In this document: in pieces, positions 63,001-64,000 of the stretch
Position numbering within the stretch: the stretch's first letter is position 1
Layout: every line of letters begins with the position of its first letter
DNA from: Balanoglossus misakiensis
Taxonomy: Eukaryota; Animalia; Hemichordata
Length of the DNA stretch: 64,000 nucleotides
Assembly: GCA_040954595.2 (NCBI GenBank)
Contig: CM082584.2
Span: 9,505,061 to 9,569,060 of the forward strand
Direction of reading: 5' to 3'
Position numbers and translations under genes: made by a program
Notes under the pieces: model-generated
Told to the model about the DNA's origin: nothing
The model's database searches: none
What the model saw: only the letters and a program-made list of their open reading frames with translations

Positions 63001-63470
63001 AGGGCCCTGATTATGTCTGTGTGGATTCATTGTTCGAGTTCCCCCTCCAACAATAACATACGACCATACCTGATTCACATTCAGGAGTTGGGGATTCTGC
63101 ATGATGTAGAATTCACACTCATGAAAATACCTGTAAACGCATCAAATGTGATCATTTTATGTGAGTGTCTTCCGTATCAATTGAGAGGCATACTTATTTT
63201 TTATCCCCAGCAATTTGTGATGTCCTTTATTAAAAAGTTCCTTTTTATTTTTTAGTTGGACATGTCTGTTTTAAACGTTATATCAAAATGTGAAGAAAAT
63301 CTTGTGTTCTTTGTATGATCATGTAAATTAAAAAAAGTTATACGTTAAGGAATGTGCAGAAAATCAAACCACAAATCTACAAACTATTCTGTATTAAGAA
63401 AGCCACTACAAGTTGTAATTATAAGTTTTAAAAATCAAAAATAAACAATGACAATGATATAAGCAGAAGT
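60097..63470 (+). other. ptc: Putative non-coding terminal exon (3' UTR, ~3.3 kb) of ptc
   Basis: Strong donor AAG|gtgagt at 59192|59193; strong acceptor ttttctcttttacag| at 60096; AU-rich sequence; first AATAAA I found downstream is at 63440, another at 63479 (ATTAAA at 63229 and 63327). The 3' end is approximate. Confidence 0.7.
63440..63445 (+). terminator. Candidate polyadenylation signal AATAAA
   Basis: Canonical hexamer at the end of the AU-rich region, with a GT-rich gtcttgtgt downstream. Confidence 0.5.
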
Positions 63471-64000
63471 CTTGTGTCAATAAATTGCATGCTTGCAGAG
63501 TAACTGAGTATGATGGCTTAGTGACGATTGATTGGGGAGAAGTGTGAAAAAAAAATTGGTCTGTCCCATAGTTCCATTGTTGGCATGTTTTCTTTCTGTA
63601 TGTATGTGTGTGTTTGTTTTCCTAATATATTTATGCAGTGGGGAGTATTTCATTGAATACACCCATCAATAAAAACAGACAGACAAAAAAAGTGTCGATC
63701 GTCAACGAAACCGTGGAGCTGGACAAAGACGTGCAAATCCCGAGGATTTTGTGAAAAACAAATGTATTTGGAAAATGGTCGCTGAGGGCGCTTTAGGAGA
63801 AACGTACATGTAAGTATCGGCGTAAGTATGTGGTCTTTCAAATGCATGCATACACGTATGGGATCCAGACTGGCGTGTTTTTCCGCCAGGCTCCACTAAA
63901 TTACTCACATTTTCCTGGCTGAAGTAACATTGATTTGTTTTATTTTAGCAGTTGCCATGCCTTTTCTGATTGCAAGTCCCTGATTGGCTGTTTACTTGCA

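Overview
Eukaryotic (metazoan) genomic DNA, about 43% GC by eye, rich in microsatellites and homopolymers. The style suggests an invertebrate deuterostome such as a sea urchin, but that is inference only. The window is essentially one intact + strand gene, the Hedgehog receptor patched (ptc/PTCH). I reconstructed 24 phase-consistent GT-AG coding exons from 25260/25296 to the stop at 59188 (about 1345 aa from the ATG at 25296). There is also a probable distal first exon (ATG 1476, donor after 1517; about 1371 aa isoform), a probable proximal non-coding first exon near 22.7-23.2 kb, an intron 4 nt after the stop codon, and a ~3.3 kb 3' UTR exon. The introns hold GLI-type motifs, microsatellites, MITE-like elements and several heavily decayed transposon fossils (Crypton-like, Penelope-like, L1/Tx1-like, hAT-like, CR1/L2-like). 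Almost all ORF-track entries are spurious. I see no unambiguous new biological system. The best leads are regulatory: two look-alike promoters, a possible 3' UTR intron/polyadenylation switch controlling a miRNA-site cluster, replacement of PPxY motifs by YPxL/PDZ-type motifs, and extreme exon-to-exon GC3 mosaicism. Human PTCH1 comparisons are from memory.
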